Source of the DNA: a virus
IMG/VR virus record: IMGVR_UViG_3300020048_000027
Coordinates: 1 to 64,000 of that record
Strand: one strand, 5' to 3'
Length of the DNA: 64,000 nt
The notes under the pieces were generated by a model. It was given only the letters and a program-made list of their open reading frames with translations. It did no database searches and was not told the DNA's origin. Positions 18,526 to 28,800 of this stretch are shown here, piece by piece (the stretch's first letter is position 1; every line of letters begins with the position of its first letter). The translations under genes and the position numbers were made by a program.

Positions 18526-20103
18526 CTATTCTAAAAGCCAGGATATATCCTCCTTTCCGTACGGGGTATTTACAATATACGGACTATTTTGCGAGTTAGC
18601 AACTGAAGAAATTACTGCTGAGTTTCTTGCATTCATATTTGTGAAAGATGATAATGACGCTCTTGCTAGGTCTAACCCCTGTTGTCTCAGTCTTAATGCG
18701 GTATCCCTTACATACAGTGCTGTTGCAAGTGACATTACTAAATCATCGTTGTATCCTATCTGAGCTTGAGGTTTTCCGTTCTTCCATACAAATACTCTCA
18801 TTTCTCCTAGTGTACGTTTTGACTGGACTGTTACTCCTCTATCTCTAACATACTCCATCATCTTTGCAATAACAAGAGGACGTGTTCGGGTAGACATGGT
18901 AAAGCCTGGTACTAATTGATCTCTTTCGTACTTAGTCATATAGGATTCTACAGTATCCATTTGGTTTCTAGGACTGTAGTATAAGTTTTTATATTCTCTT
19001 TCTAGTATCTGTTCAATGGTGGACCACCCTATATTTGCGTTTTCTACTACAAGTAGTGCATCATTATATTCTGATGCTATGCCTACTAGTACGTTTCCGA
19101 ATTCTTTCGGTGATAGTTTACCTTTGTATTCTCCTACTTGTCTACAGGCCTCTATATCGAAGATGTGAAATGCTGAATAATCGGCGGAATCCCCTCTTGA
19201 AACGTCTGCTACGACTATATACGATTTTGCATAATCTACTCCCTCCCATATCCATAAATTACCGTCAACTCCTCTCTTTTCTGCTGGGTCTTTTAAATAT
19301 GTACTTTCGTAAAACATAAGATCATCCGGCTCAAATACTGTATCTCCTGAAGCTAAGAAGTCACAATCACACTCCTGCCCTGCCATTCTTGGTCCTAAAT
19401 CAGCATCCTGCCTATCTCTCCAAACTTGATCTCTCTCAGGGTGAACACTCCAGGGTAATCTTATAGGTACGAATGAATTCTCCCCTGATTCAGCTCTTTC
19501 CCAAGTCTGATGGAACCAGTTACCTATTCCGTTTGGGGTTGATAAAGCCATGCACTGTCCTCCGGTAGCAAGTGTTTGCTGTGCTGCTGCAAATGTTTCG
19601 TCAATATTCTCTATAAATGCTGCTTCATCTATTAAGAGTAAAGATACAGCTTCAGACCGTGCAGCATCTGCGTTTGAAGATTTTGCCTGTATTTTTGATC
19701 CGTTTGTAAGTCTTAAAGATAATTTGTTTTTTTCAACTGCAGGTAGTTTTAACCACTTAGGAAGCTCGTCATACATAAAAGTAGTCTTAGTTACTAGGTT
19801 ACGGGCTGTAGCTTGTGTAGTTGCTAATGCTAGTATATTTTTATCTTTATGAAATAACATTAACCATAAAGAGTATCCAGCAGCTAGGGTAGATATCCCT
19901 AATTGTCTCGATTTAAGCGTTATGATATACTGCTCATCTCTGAATAGATGAAGTATTTTCTCTTGAAATAGGTAAAGTGAGAAGAGTATTCTACCTCGTT
20001 TAGGGTGTTGTATATAGCAATACTTCTTCATAAAGTATGCGGGATCTTTTGCACATCTAATATACTCTTGTGCTATTATCTTCTTTATATCGCTATTCTG
20101 CAT
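18526..20103 (-). CDS. gp17: terminase large subunit (T4 gp17-like)
   Basis: KSRQLGIST Walker A, LLIDEAAF Walker B, STPNG, ADVSRGDSADYSAF, NDDLVMSLA. Confidence 0.97.
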   Translation of the reverse strand: MQNSDIKKIIAQEYIRCAKDPAYFMKKYCYIQHPKRGRILFSLYLFQEKILHLFRDEQYIITLKSRQLGISTLAAGYSLWLMLFHKDKNILALATTQATARNLVTKTTFMYDELPKWLKLPAVEKNKLSLRLTNGSKIQAKSSNADAARSEAVSLLLIDEAAFIENIDETFAAAQQTLATGGQCMALSTPNGIGNWFHQTWERAESGENSFVPIRLPWSVHPERDQVWRDRQDADLGPRMAGQECDCDFLASGDTVFEPDDLMFYESTYLKDPAEKRGVDGNLWIWEGVDYAKSYIVVADVSRGDSADYSAFHIFDIEACRQVGEYKGKLSPKEFGNVLVGIASEYNDALLVVENANIGWSTIEQILEREYKNLYYSPRNQMDTVESYMTKYERDQLVPGFTMSTRTRPLVIAKMMEYVRDRGVTVQSKRTLGEMRVFVWKNGKPQAQIGYNDDLVMSLATALYVRDTALRLRQQGLDLARASLSSFTNMNARNSAVISSVANSQNSPYIVNTPYGKEDISWLLE

Positions 20104-20121
20104 AACTACTTGTAGGTTTTG

Positions 20122-20129
20122 TATAAATA
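20122..20129 (-). promoter_or_regulatory. putative late promoter TATTTATA
   Basis: 19 nt upstream of the terminase ATG. Confidence 0.65.
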
Positions 20130-20138
20130 GCGTATATT

Positions 20139-20166
20139 AGAAAACCCACCGTTTTAGAGTGGGTTT
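20139..20166 (-). terminator. intrinsic terminator
   Basis: AAACCCAC-loop-GTGGGTTTT after the cargo-gene cluster. Confidence 0.6.
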
Positions 20167-20237
20167 GATAGTCTATACTTACTTAAAATCTTTTATTTTC
20201 TCTAGTAGTTAAGCTAACACCTGTTAACGGCCTCTGC

Positions 20238-20711
20238 TTAGTACAATGATTCAGCAGCCAATTCTCCTAACTCTCCTGTGTCGCGGTATTCGTCTGTTAG
20301 TTGGTCTAACTCGTTGTCATTTAAAGGAGTTCCGTCTGTAAATTCTGCATACGTAATAAATGCATCTACGAAGTCTGGATAGTCCTTTGAATCTACTCCG
20401 TCAATTTCAATAGAGCTATGTTCTACTTTAGATGAAAGTTCCTCTGTAGGCTCACTGGTTTGCAAAGGCCCTATTAGCATACTAATTTTATAGTCTCTTC
20501 CCGGTTCCTTTTCTGCTAACCTTGCAGCAAGAACTCGTTCAACATCTTGTTTATCTTCTGCATCTATCTGATATCCGTACTGTATCCCTGGTTTATCTGT
20601 AAATGATACTCCCACTCTGTAATGTCCCATTTCTTGTTCCTTAAGAAGTCTTGCATTTTTTGTAAGTTTATTCTCCGATAGGAATTGTCTTAAATTAAAG
20701 TTATCTGCCAT
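20238..20711 (-). CDS. putative internal head (cargo) protein; start revised to MADNF at 20711
   Basis: Leader MADNFNLRQFLSENKLTKNARLLKE with TATTTATA at 20730-20737; C-terminal IDGVDSKDYPDFVDAFI module. Confidence 0.7.
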   Translation of the reverse strand: MADNFNLRQFLSENKLTKNARLLKEQEMGHYRVGVSFTDKPGIQYGYQIDAEDKQDVERVLAARLAEKEPGRDYKISMLIGPLQTSEPTEELSSKVEHSSIEIDGVDSKDYPDFVDAFITYAEFTDGTPLNDNELDQLTDEYRDTGELGELAAESLY

Positions 20712-20742
20712 TTGTATTTTATTTTTATTTATAAATAGTTTA
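20682..20742. repeat. late promoter + leader cassette, copy 1
   Basis: About 61 nt nearly identical to 21471-21531 (promoter, UTR and first 10 codons). Confidence 0.85.
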
Positions 20743-20745
20743 TTC

Positions 20746-21024
20746 TTAATACCAGTCTCCATTTCTTTCGATATCTTCAAAGTAATCATCAATACTGTCA
20801 TACTGATCTTTTACTGCATTCCATTCTTCGTAGTGAGCTTGTATTCCTGCTTCCTCTTCTTCTGGACTTAGTTCATCTGCTTGAGGATTTGTGCTAAAAT
20901 ACCAGTTTTCAATTACATCCTTATCACCCCCATTAAAGTCTTGATCTACATATTCTTTTAATAATCTTGAGTTAGCAGTTATTTTATTCTCTACTAAAAA
21001 TTTTTTTAAATCAAAATTGCTCAT
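20746..21024 (-). CDS. putative internal head (cargo) protein
   Basis: MSNFDLKKFLVENKITANSRLLKE leader, acidic cargo. Confidence 0.7.
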   Translation of the reverse strand: MSNFDLKKFLVENKITANSRLLKEYVDQDFNGGDKDVIENWYFSTNPQADELSPEEEEAGIQAHYEEWNAVKDQYDSIDDYFEDIERNGDWY

Positions 21025-21089
21025 TTTACCTTCCTTTACTGGTTGTTTCTTATCTTGTTTTTTAGTAAATTTTTTCTCACACTCTTTTA

Positions 21090-21500
21090 TTATTGAACTA
21101 TTGAGTAGTCTTCTGCTTCAAAAAATACAACTGCTAGTTTATAATTTTTATCTCTAGGCATCTCGTCTGCTAAGACTGTATTATTATCGTATTCATAAAA
21201 TACAGGGAAATCATCTCCTTCCTGATACTCTTCCATAAAATCCTGCTTCAACTCTTCAAGTTCTTTTGCAAGTCTTATAGGATCCTGCTGATAAGGTCTA
21301 CCCTGTTCGCTGTGAATGACAGTAACCGGTTTAGTCATATCCACTCCTGCTTTCTTAAAGGCTTCTTCTACTGGGTATTTTGCGTCTTCAATACCTTTTA
21401 TAGGTGATGAAGAAGGAGTAAATTCTTCTTTTAATAATCTTGAATTAGTAGTTATTTTATTCTCTACTAAGAATTGTCTTAAATCAAAGTTATCTGCCAT
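21090..21500 (-). CDS. putative internal head (cargo) protein
   Basis: MADNFDLRQFLVENKITTNSRLLKE leader; TATTTATA at 21519-21526. Confidence 0.7.
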   Translation of the reverse strand: MADNFDLRQFLVENKITTNSRLLKEEFTPSSSPIKGIEDAKYPVEEAFKKAGVDMTKPVTVIHSEQGRPYQQDPIRLAKELEELKQDFMEEYQEGDDFPVFYEYDNNTVLADEMPRDKNYKLAVVFFEAEDYSIVQ

Positions 21501-21531
21501 TTGTATTTTATTTTTATTTATAAATAGTTTA
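21471..21531. repeat. late promoter + leader cassette, copy 2
   Basis: Near-identical to 20682-20742. Confidence 0.85.
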
Positions 21532-21534
21532 CTC

Positions 21535-22560
21535 TTATCTAAAAGATTTTAGTTGAGGATTTGTGCCTACACTATACTTTACTTCGCCTGATTCTACTGC
21601 GTCAAGTATGTCTGTCGCTGGTAAGTATGTTCTATAATCTCCTGTCTCGTGGTTGAATAATATATATCTTACTATTCTTTTCTTTTTGATATAACTATCG
21701 ATCGCAGCTTTCACCATAACTTTCACAGGGTTCTCATCTCCATTTGTAACAAATACTGTACTGCTTGGATACGTACTCTCTATAAAGCTATTCATGTTTT
21801 CTATAACATCTTGAAGGTTGCCTTTTTGCTTACCTAATGCTATATCGCTTTTTAAGCTTTTTGACCAGGTTCCTTTCGCCTCTTCATTATAAGGTGAATA
21901 CTTCACATTTGCTCTATCTCCGGAAAGTCTAGACGTGTTAGCTTTTAACTCTGCTGGTGCTCCGTTAATAATAAAATCACCAGCTGATGTTGTATTTAGT
22001 TTTACGTTACTGAAGATTAAGGGGAAAAGAATCTCTCCTTTTCCTATATTTACACTATCCTTAGCTCCTGTTAGATTTGCAAGATCTCTAATCTTCCCTT
22101 GTGGAAGTCCTTTAAGTCCATCTTTTACATTTCCCCTTGTTTTTAATGTGCTCTCACTTATAGCTTTAAGAAATGTAGGTATATCATTGGTAGTCCCTCT
22201 TATTAAGATAGAAATTACCTCTGCCGGTAAGTTACGGTTTGAAAACGTATCCTTGTTAATTCCTGCGTTAGACAGTACCTGTTTTATTTGATCTATTCCA
22301 GCGGATGCGGATAACGTTCTGTAGACTCTTTGTAGTAGTTTATTATTATCTTTGTTTTTTGCTAGAAGGTCTGTTATAGTATCTACTGTTATCTCTTCCT
22401 GCTCTTCATTTTCCTGTAATATCATACCACTTTCTACACCTAGTTCACTGTAAATCTCCTTAAGTATTTCTAAGTCCTCAACGTTCTTCATGTCTGGGTA
22501 TCCTTTTTTACATCTAAAAGCCCATTCCTCAACTATTTTGTCAACTACCTTAATTTTCAA
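21535..22560 (-). CDS. PD-(D/E)xK restriction-endonuclease-like protein with N-terminal leader
   Basis: IGKGEILF...GDFIING..AELKA catalytic pattern; leader EWAFRCKKGYPD...ILQE; TTG start uncertain. Confidence 0.6.
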   Translation of the reverse strand: MKIKVVDKIVEEWAFRCKKGYPDMKNVEDLEILKEIYSELGVESGMILQENEEQEEITVDTITDLLAKNKDNNKLLQRVYRTLSASAGIDQIKQVLSNAGINKDTFSNRNLPAEVISILIRGTTNDIPTFLKAISESTLKTRGNVKDGLKGLPQGKIRDLANLTGAKDSVNIGKGEILFPLIFSNVKLNTTSAGDFIINGAPAELKANTSRLSGDRANVKYSPYNEEAKGTWSKSLKSDIALGKQKGNLQDVIENMNSFIESTYPSSTVFVTNGDENPVKVMVKAAIDSYIKKKRIVRYILFNHETGDYRTYLPATDILDAVESGEVKYSVGTNPQLKSFR

Positions 22561-22616
22561 TTCTTTACTATTTAAAAGTTATACCTAAATATACGAAATA
22601 TATATTTAATAAATGA

Positions 22617-23237
22617 CTATTTTGCCGGTTCTTCCCCTGCTTCAAAATCTATTTCCTCATCTCCTAAATCAGCTGGTGCAGCTTCTTCTCCTTCTCCGGG
22701 TGCTTCAAAGTCTGGTTCTGCTCCTGCGTCAGCTCCTTCTTCTCCTCCGGGAAAGTCTCCTCCTCCGCCTCCATCAGCTTGTCCGAATCCATCGTCTACT
22801 CCTGCCCCTCCTTCTTCTCCTGCTGTTGTAAGCGGTGCTTCTTGATACAGTATTGCAAGTTTATCTAATGCTTGTTGAAATTCACTTAATTTTCCTAGGT
22901 AGTAGTTTTTACCTGTAATATTTGCTCTAAAGTTTTTTCCTTCCCACCTTAGAGTAAAGTCCTGACCGTTTGCTAGGTTTATTCTAAATGTGGTTGGACG
23001 AGGTGATACCCAGTCTATTGTGTCTAAAAATTCATTGTAATCTCTAGTCATTAACTTTACTAATGCTGCTTTAAGTGTTGGAAATTTTTCAAGCATAGTC
23101 TCAGTAGCATCTTCTAGAACAGTTTCTTTACCTGCTCTTTCGTCTCCTATAGGATCTTCTGGTATAATTTCTTCTTGCTCACGTAGAACTTCAATATAAG
23201 CTTGTTCTATTAACCTTTTAATATCTTGTACTTTCAT
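22617..23237 (-). CDS. hypothetical protein with leader and acidic Gly-rich tail
   Basis: MKVQDIKRLIEQAYIEVLREQE; folded core FPTLK...PRPTTFRINLANG. Confidence 0.7.
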   Translation of the reverse strand: MKVQDIKRLIEQAYIEVLREQEEIIPEDPIGDERAGKETVLEDATETMLEKFPTLKAALVKLMTRDYNEFLDTIDWVSPRPTTFRINLANGQDFTLRWEGKNFRANITGKNYYLGKLSEFQQALDKLAILYQEAPLTTAGEEGGAGVDDGFGQADGGGGGDFPGGEEGADAGAEPDFEAPGEGEEAAPADLGDEEIDFEAGEEPAK

Positions 23238-23256
23238 CGACTATTTTTTTAATATC

Positions 23257-24357
23257 TTATGCTTTCTTTCCAGATGATGCTTCGGTAACTTCTCCTGTTG
23301 GTAGAATTAACTCATCGTAATGTTCCATTGAAAGTACCTCTTTCTCTTTTGACATTTCAACAGCTCTTTCTGCTACATCATGTAAATCCATATCTTCTTC
23401 CGCATCCTCTTTTGAATACTCCAGTATTCTTATAAAAAGTGGAACATCCATTGTAATGGTATCGGTAGGATTTCTTTCTTCATCTGCTAGAGAAAGTTCA
23501 CCTTCTCTAAGATCTAGTTTAATACCTAGTTTCTTTGCTGCTTTTAAAAGTTTCTCTTTCAGGTCTTTATTATCTACTGCTGATTTATTCTGCTTGTACA
23601 TATCAAAGGCTCTGAGGTACTTCTCTCTATCTGATTCTTGGTCGTAATTTTCAGCTACTCCTGCTTCAGCGTCGTCGTAGTTACGCGTATATGAATTACC
23701 TTTACGTTCTTCCTCATCTTCTATCTGCTGTTTTAATAAAGCATCGAAATCATCATTACTCATTTCGGATTCATTTAAAGCTTCAAAATGTTTTACAAAA
23801 CTGTTCTTTAGTATATCTTTATGTACAATAGCTTCACCTGACGGTTTAAATCCTACTTCTCCGATTTCTTTATCAAAAGAAAAATCAACTAGGTGTAAAG
23901 TATTACTTTCTATATAAAAAGAAAATTCATCTTCAAAGTCATTACTATACTCTACATAAACGGTAAAACTAGCATCTTCCACATCTTTTAGTACCACTCT
24001 ACTTACCTCATCTCCTACTGTTCTTAATGCATCCACCAAGGGTGATATAACTTCTTTTGCAAGAACTCTTGTCTCTTCACGAGTAAGTATAGCCCCTTCT
24101 TCTCCTTGCTCTGCTGTTAACTTCACAGTCGCTCCTGCTTTTGCTAATTCTTTAGCTTTATTCTCATCATCTGTCTGGATTACTCCTATGTTTTCTTCCA
24201 TAATTAATAGTTTCTGTTTTAAGATTTGTTTTACGCTCTCTAATTGCTGTACTCGCTCTATTGTAAATGCTCCTTTTGGCAGCGGGCTACCATTCTTTAC
24301 ATGGTTCAGCATAACTTCGCATTTATTTAAGCGATCCTTAATTTCGTCGTATGTCAT
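23257..24357 (-). CDS. multi-module acidic protein (putative processed internal protein)
   Basis: Modules separated by IME, TAE, LNE, VAE, LRE, VTE; C-terminal DVPLFIRILEY...DLHDVAE module. Confidence 0.6.
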   Translation of the reverse strand: MTYDEIKDRLNKCEVMLNHVKNGSPLPKGAFTIERVQQLESVKQILKQKLLIMEENIGVIQTDDENKAKELAKAGATVKLTAEQGEEGAILTREETRVLAKEVISPLVDALRTVGDEVSRVVLKDVEDASFTVYVEYSNDFEDEFSFYIESNTLHLVDFSFDKEIGEVGFKPSGEAIVHKDILKNSFVKHFEALNESEMSNDDFDALLKQQIEDEEERKGNSYTRNYDDAEAGVAENYDQESDREKYLRAFDMYKQNKSAVDNKDLKEKLLKAAKKLGIKLDLREGELSLADEERNPTDTITMDVPLFIRILEYSKEDAEEDMDLHDVAERAVEMSKEKEVLSMEHYDELILPTGEVTEASSGKKA

Positions 24358-24376
24358 ATCTTTATATATTTACCTT

Positions 24377-24721
24377 TTACAATGCTACTGTGGGGAAAAA
24401 TAATATTTTTATTGCTAATGCAACTAGTGTTGTAAAAACTATCCAGAGAGCTTTATTTACACCTTCTTTCCATTGTATTAACTCTTTTACTTCTATCTGT
24501 ACTTTGAGCTTCTCTTCTGGTGAAAATCTGTATTTTGAATTCTCATTTATTTTTACTACCAGTCCTGTCTCTGGGTGCATTAGTGTGTTGGTAAGTTCTG
24601 ATACATCTATTTTAAGTTCCTCAACTTTTGCCATTACCTGTTTAAGTTCACTACTCGGTATAACTTCTTTTATGTACAATAATTCTTTTAGTACATTTTC
24701 TAGTAAATCTTTCTGTGTCAT
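24377..24721 (-). CDS. coiled-coil protein with C-terminal transmembrane helix (possible lysis function)
   Basis: ALWIVFTTLVALAIKILFF; TATTTATA at 24753-24760. Confidence 0.55.
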   Translation of the reverse strand: MTQKDLLENVLKELLYIKEVIPSSELKQVMAKVEELKIDVSELTNTLMHPETGLVVKINENSKYRFSPEEKLKVQIEVKELIQWKEGVNKALWIVFTTLVALAIKILFFPTVAL

Positions 24722-24763
24722 ATTAAAATACCGGTTTTCCCTATGTTTCTATTATAAATACAC

Positions 24764-25342
24764 CTATTTTACATGTTCTGAAAGAAGAGTTATATACTGT
24801 TTTAAGTTTGCTAGGATTTTACCCTTAAATTCAACTGTATTTACATTCCAATCCTCTATATCTCCTTGTTCGGTTACAAAGTTCTGTTTTTCCTCTACTA
24901 ACTCTAGTGCCCATTGCTCAATATCTTTCATAAACCCTTTTATATTTCCTCGCATCATCCTCTGCTCATATTGCTCATAAAGTCCTGCTTTCCTTAAATT
25001 CGACTCTATATCAACTGTACAATCAAAGCAAAAACCATGTATCTTATACATCTTCTTAGCTAGATGATGCTCCATCCCTCCGTTACACTTTGGACACCTT
25101 AACGGTACTCGTAGGGCTTTTTTTGCTTCATCTAACTTAGTAATATTTTGTCTTAGCCCGTTCTTTATAGTCCACTGCTTACCACTTTCTTCCCAGATAT
25201 CACCTTCTCTGTACTTTTCTAATTTCTTGGTATATCCGGTTTGAAGTTTTGTAGATGCACCGTAGTTTTTACTCACTATGTTACGAACTCTCTCAACATC
25301 GCTCCGTTTAAATTCTTTTTTTAATAACGATTCCTTAGCCAT
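24764..25342 (-). CDS. zinc-ribbon hypothetical protein
   Basis: CPKC...CFDC. Confidence 0.7.
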   Translation of the reverse strand: MAKESLLKKEFKRSDVERVRNIVSKNYGASTKLQTGYTKKLEKYREGDIWEESGKQWTIKNGLRQNITKLDEAKKALRVPLRCPKCNGGMEHHLAKKMYKIHGFCFDCTVDIESNLRKAGLYEQYEQRMMRGNIKGFMKDIEQWALELVEEKQNFVTEQGDIEDWNVNTVEFKGKILANLKQYITLLSEHVK

Positions 25343-25883
25343 TATAACCTAATTTTTTTAAATGATTAATAACTGGTGTAATATTACCATATAGACATCT
25401 TAAAGCTATTCCTCCGCTCTGAGTCCATTCTTCAATATTTGACCTTTTATCGTCTATCAGTATTGATTCTGGAGATGCATATTTCTGTTTATCTCCTGCT
25501 ACTGCGAAAATTACTTTCGGTGAGTCTGTCAAATTATCTCTCACCCATAGGCTTTTTCCCACTCTAGAATTGTTGTCTCTCGAAGGTGATGTAAGTATTT
25601 TAGGGTTATACGGTCTTATGAAATTCCACAATTCTTCTCCTCCGGGCATCCATTCCATTTCTGTCCAGAATTTTAAACCTACTTGAACATCCACTAAGTG
25701 CCAAAAAGCAGCAGCACCGTGTTTCTGTTCATACTCATCCGGGGAGACTCCTGTAAAGTGTTCAAATCTACCTTGAAAATTTGTCAACACTCCATCCATA
25801 TCACAATAGATCTGGTACTCTGGTTTGATTGTCTCCTCTGGTGTGCTCTCTAGCCCTATTAGTTCGATTAAACTGTACTTCAT
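25335..25883 (-). CDS. HAD-family 5'(3')-deoxyribonucleotidase (NT5C-like)
   Basis: YCDMDGVL motif I, ILTS, K, ILIDD motif IV; short MKYSLIELIGLE leader. Confidence 0.85.
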   Translation of the reverse strand: MKYSLIELIGLESTPEETIKPEYQIYCDMDGVLTNFQGRFEHFTGVSPDEYEQKHGAAAFWHLVDVQVGLKFWTEMEWMPGGEELWNFIRPYNPKILTSPSRDNNSRVGKSLWVRDNLTDSPKVIFAVAGDKQKYASPESILIDDKRSNIEEWTQSGGIALRCLYGNITPVINHLKKLGYNG

Positions 25884-28800
25884 AGTTTTTCTTTTATTCC
25901 TAATGCTGGTAATCTCTTACGCCACAGTTCCTTTATTTCCTCTTTCTCCTGTAAGGTAATATCTTGTCCTTTCAAATACTCCTCTGCTGCGGCTGCAAAT
26001 GAAACTTTCTGTTTTTTAGCTTTATAGTATAATCCTTGAATATTTGCATCAACTTCTTTTTCTAACTTAAAATACTCTGCGTTTCTTACTATTCCTGCTT
26101 TTACTAAAGCTCTTATCGTGTTATCGTCCTCTAGAAATTTACCGGTTTTTGTATTATCTGAATCTGAATGTGTTAAGTGCTCTATTTCATGTCTTATAAT
26201 GTCTTTCAAGTTCATTGAAATTATTTCCCAAGCTTCCGGTAGCATTTCTGGATCTACTGTGAATACTGCTTCTATATAATCGTCATATTCTGCTTCTGCT
26301 GAATAGTCAGCTCCACCGTCCATTGTAAGTTTTCCGTACCCTTCTTCCACTACTAGTACTGCTTTAACATCAAAAGCTACGTCATTATTATCATAACTTT
26401 CTTCATAAACTATACTGTCTTCTTGGGAATCTATATTATTCTTCCAGTATCTAAAAATGTCTGAGGATACCTGGTTTGTTATTGTATCGTATCTACCTTC
26501 TGACATTATTTGCGGTATTTCTTCTTTACTGCGGTTGTAGTAGTTTATATCTTTACTTAGCATGTTGAATGCTTGTTGCATAGCTAAGTCCTCACTAAAG
26601 TCATTATCCTTTAGCTCAATTTTTGCACCATTTGCTAATTTACCAAGTATTGTGCTCACCCCTACGTTGTATTTACTTGCGAGCGTACTTATTGTTTCCT
26701 CTGTTCTTCCTCCTCTATCCCTAATACTTTCATCCGTAGTTTTCATCTTTTCAATATCTTGAGATGTTTCTTTACCTAGATTCTTTACCTTATCCTCCCA
26801 GTTTCTAAAAGTTATATTTCCTTTTAGATAAGCTTCTTCTTCTATTTCTCTCAGGTGTGTGCTTGAATTAGTATCTGAACTTTCTATTTGGCCTAGCCTT
26901 CCTTCTAGGTTTTGCATATGATGAATCATCTCGTGTGTAAACGATCTCATAATATCTTTTGGATGTCTTCCTTCAACATACAGAACAACTTTCTTTTCGT
27001 CAGGGTCATAGTATGCAGTTCTTCCAAAGAAATTTGCTGATTCACTAGCATCTCTTTTTATACAAACTTCCGGTATTGGAACTACTTTCATTCCTTCTTT
27101 TATCATATGTTCTAATATAGAAGCCATATAAGGGGTATAATCATGTCCAACAGTCCCTTTTTCTGTCTTACGCTTTACTATTATATGATCACCGTTAAAA
27201 TTTATTTCATATTCCTCATTTCCTAACAGATTAAGAATCTGTCCGTACGTATCTGCTAATTCTGCCCTCTGTTCTGAAGAAACTACTTCTCCTGGCTTAA
27301 TAGCTGCTCCGTGAAAGTCCTTACTACTTTCTTCTTCTTGTGTTTCGAACATATTATCTAATGTAGTATTTAATGCTTCATGCATTAATATCTCCTGTTC
27401 GGTTGGTGCATTTTTCATGGCTATCTGTGTTACTGCTTTTCTTCCTTTTTCCCCTATCTCATCTGGTATCCATTCTCCGTTTTTTAAATACCTAACTGAG
27501 CTCCTCATTGTTGTTGCTGATAGTTTATTTTCTTCGTCTCCTATCTTAGGTAGTACTAATACCTCTACATTTGGATATTTCTCTCTATTTTTCTCAAAGT
27601 ATATAAACTTTGCAAGTTCTTCCTCTAATGCACCTGTTATAATTTTAGAGTAGTTATCCTTGTTCTGGTCTACAAAGTCATAAATATCTCTTACAGGTGT
27701 TACTGAGCTAATTCTTATCTCTACAGGCACATTTAAATACTCTGCATATATTTGCCAAATTTTCTCAGACTGTTCTGGCGATATTCTAATACCTTCCCTA
27801 ATTTTCGGACCTATAAATATTATAAGTTTATCAGCTTTTCCTGCTAATATCCTTGCATTATTAAAATGAGCTCTATGAGGCGGCTTAAAACCTCCTGCGT
27901 AAAGTGCTATTACTTCCCCTGTTGACACTTCTTCTGTTAGGTTTTCTACGTCTGAAGGGTATCTCTTATTTTTAACATTAAATGCTTTCATCCATGGTAA
28001 CTTTTTCCAAGTACTTACTCCTTTAGGGGTCTCTGCATCATAATATTTTCCTTTATATTCAAGCCATACATGTCCGAAAGATTCATTTGGACCTTCCATT
28101 TCTTCTGTATGCATTATTACAGAGCCTGGCAATCTCTTCTGTAACTTATAGGCAAATATATCACAGAATCCTTTATTACATTCCTTGCCATCAAAAACAT
28201 CCCAGTTTTTATGTACTATCTCTAATGCCTCTTTTTCAGTCTGAGATAGTAGATCTTTGTAATCTATATTTTCATCCTCTAATAACGTGTTCACTGCGTT
28301 GAGTGCGTACTCTTTTCCTTTAGCTTTCTCTGTGCCTACTTCACCTGTTTTAACCGATACCATACTATTAAAGATTCCTTTAATTCTACTCTTAGATCTT
28401 GGGTTCTTAACTTTCCTCCCTATCTCTGCCAATAGTTCATCAAAATTAGCATCTAGGTTATAGTTTCTAAAAAGTTCCTTTATCAGGTCCCAGTTTGTAG
28501 AACTCCATAAATCTTCTCTCGACACTTGGCTAAAGTTTTCTAATTTTACTTTCCTTAAAGTTAACTTATTCGAACTTAAATTAAATTCAAACTCCTCATT
28601 AGAGTCTAACGTAGGTAAATCTCCTATACTTAGTCTTTTAAAGATCTCTGCTGGATTTTCTTCTAGTAAAACTACTTTGGATAGTCCTAAAATAAGTCCT
28701 TGTTTTTCAGCAGGTAGATCTAGGAAATTATTTTTAAATGCATGCTCTTCCTCGGATAATGCAATTATATTATCTACCTGTATGAATTCTCCTGGTTTTC

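Noticed and set aside
9053-20103. Introns or inteins in capsid, portal or terminase
   Set aside because: ORFs are uninterrupted and of normal length; no intein C..HN boundaries seen.
20712-20801. N-terminal 30 aa of the ORF-track call 20238..20801
   Set aside because: Overlaps the previous gene and contains the late promoter; the paralogous leader indicates a start at 20711.
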